From contig RDEW01000059.1 in the NCBI GenBank assembly GCA_011109175.1, forward strand, positions 124,001 to 188,000: a stretch of DNA of 64,000 nucleotides, in the 5' to 3' direction. Position 1 is the first letter of the stretch, and each line of letters starts with the position of its first letter. Position numbers and translations under genes: made by a program. This stretch comes from Dicyema japonicum (Eukaryota; Animalia; Dicyemida). The notes below the pieces were generated by a model, which worked only from the letters and a program-made list of their open reading frames with translations, had not been told where the DNA came from and did no database searches. Shown piece after piece: positions 63,421 to 64,000 of the stretch.

Positions 63421-64000
63421 GAAGCGACAAATTTTTCGGGATCATGTATCGTCCAAAGCAGGTTCCAACAATTAGAAAAAGGGAATTTTTCATCCCGTCT
63501 TCCTTTGATGGTTTCATTGGATTTTTTCATCCCGTCTTCCTTTTGATGGCACCTTACAAAGGATACGCCCAATTCCTGGCGGGCATTCAAAAATATCCAA
63601 CTATTCATTTCCCTGGGGGACAATTTTGTTTCCTGGTACGGGTTCTGGAATCGACGTTCTCTGGATCACTGTTCTTGTGTGAAGGTTCTTCTGGAACGCT
63701 TCATAATCACGGAATTAGTTAATTTGGTTTTACCCTCGTCTTTGGAAAATTTTATTTATTACAACATATTGGATTTGGAGGTCTAAGTCTTCATTTGGAT
63801 AAACGGTAATTTCCGTTACATCTGAGAGTTATTCGCCAATTACGGGCCAAGAGGATCACTATGCAAAGCTAAGGTATTGATGTAACGTGTTGAGTTCAGT
63901 TAGCTAGTCTTGATTAAACAAACTAAGGCTTCATAGCTGTAACACTACCTGGTTTCGAATCATCACCCTACCGGGTACTTAATGTTTTCTGTTTCATATT

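Noticed and set aside
63482-63550. 37-nt direct duplication (similar ones at 31331-41 region and 32620-32711)
   Set aside because: Ordinary local duplications within TE remnants

Overview
AT-rich eukaryotic, probably animal, genomic window. A few host genes lie among many transposon remnants. The host genes are a CPVL-like serine carboxypeptidase, ENY2/Sus1, a C2H2 zinc-finger gene, an MGAT4-like GT54 gene, a GDPD/GPCPD1-like gene, two small orphan genes, and decayed XPG and Ars2/SRRT copies. They are split by tiny GT-AG introns, mostly 20-33 nt, which is why the ORF track misses them. Animal-like genes with such introns suggest a reduced parasite such as a dicyemid (inference only). Mobile DNA comprises RTE-clade LINEs, Ingi/Vingi-like single-ORF LINEs, CRE-like and R4-like RLE retrotransposons, a pogo/Tigger element, a MULE element, and a tRNA-derived SINE whose 3' stem-loop matches the RTE 3' end. 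The most interesting structure is a 5' cassette on the Ingi/Vingi-like elements: an HDV-ribozyme-like nested pseudoknot (4 copies, 3 with atypical L3/J4-2), a hairpin leader, and a 2A (StopGo) peptide directly before the APE domain. Many frameshifts fall in homopolymers, so some may be assembly errors. All calls come from manual reading and remembered motifs; no searches were run.
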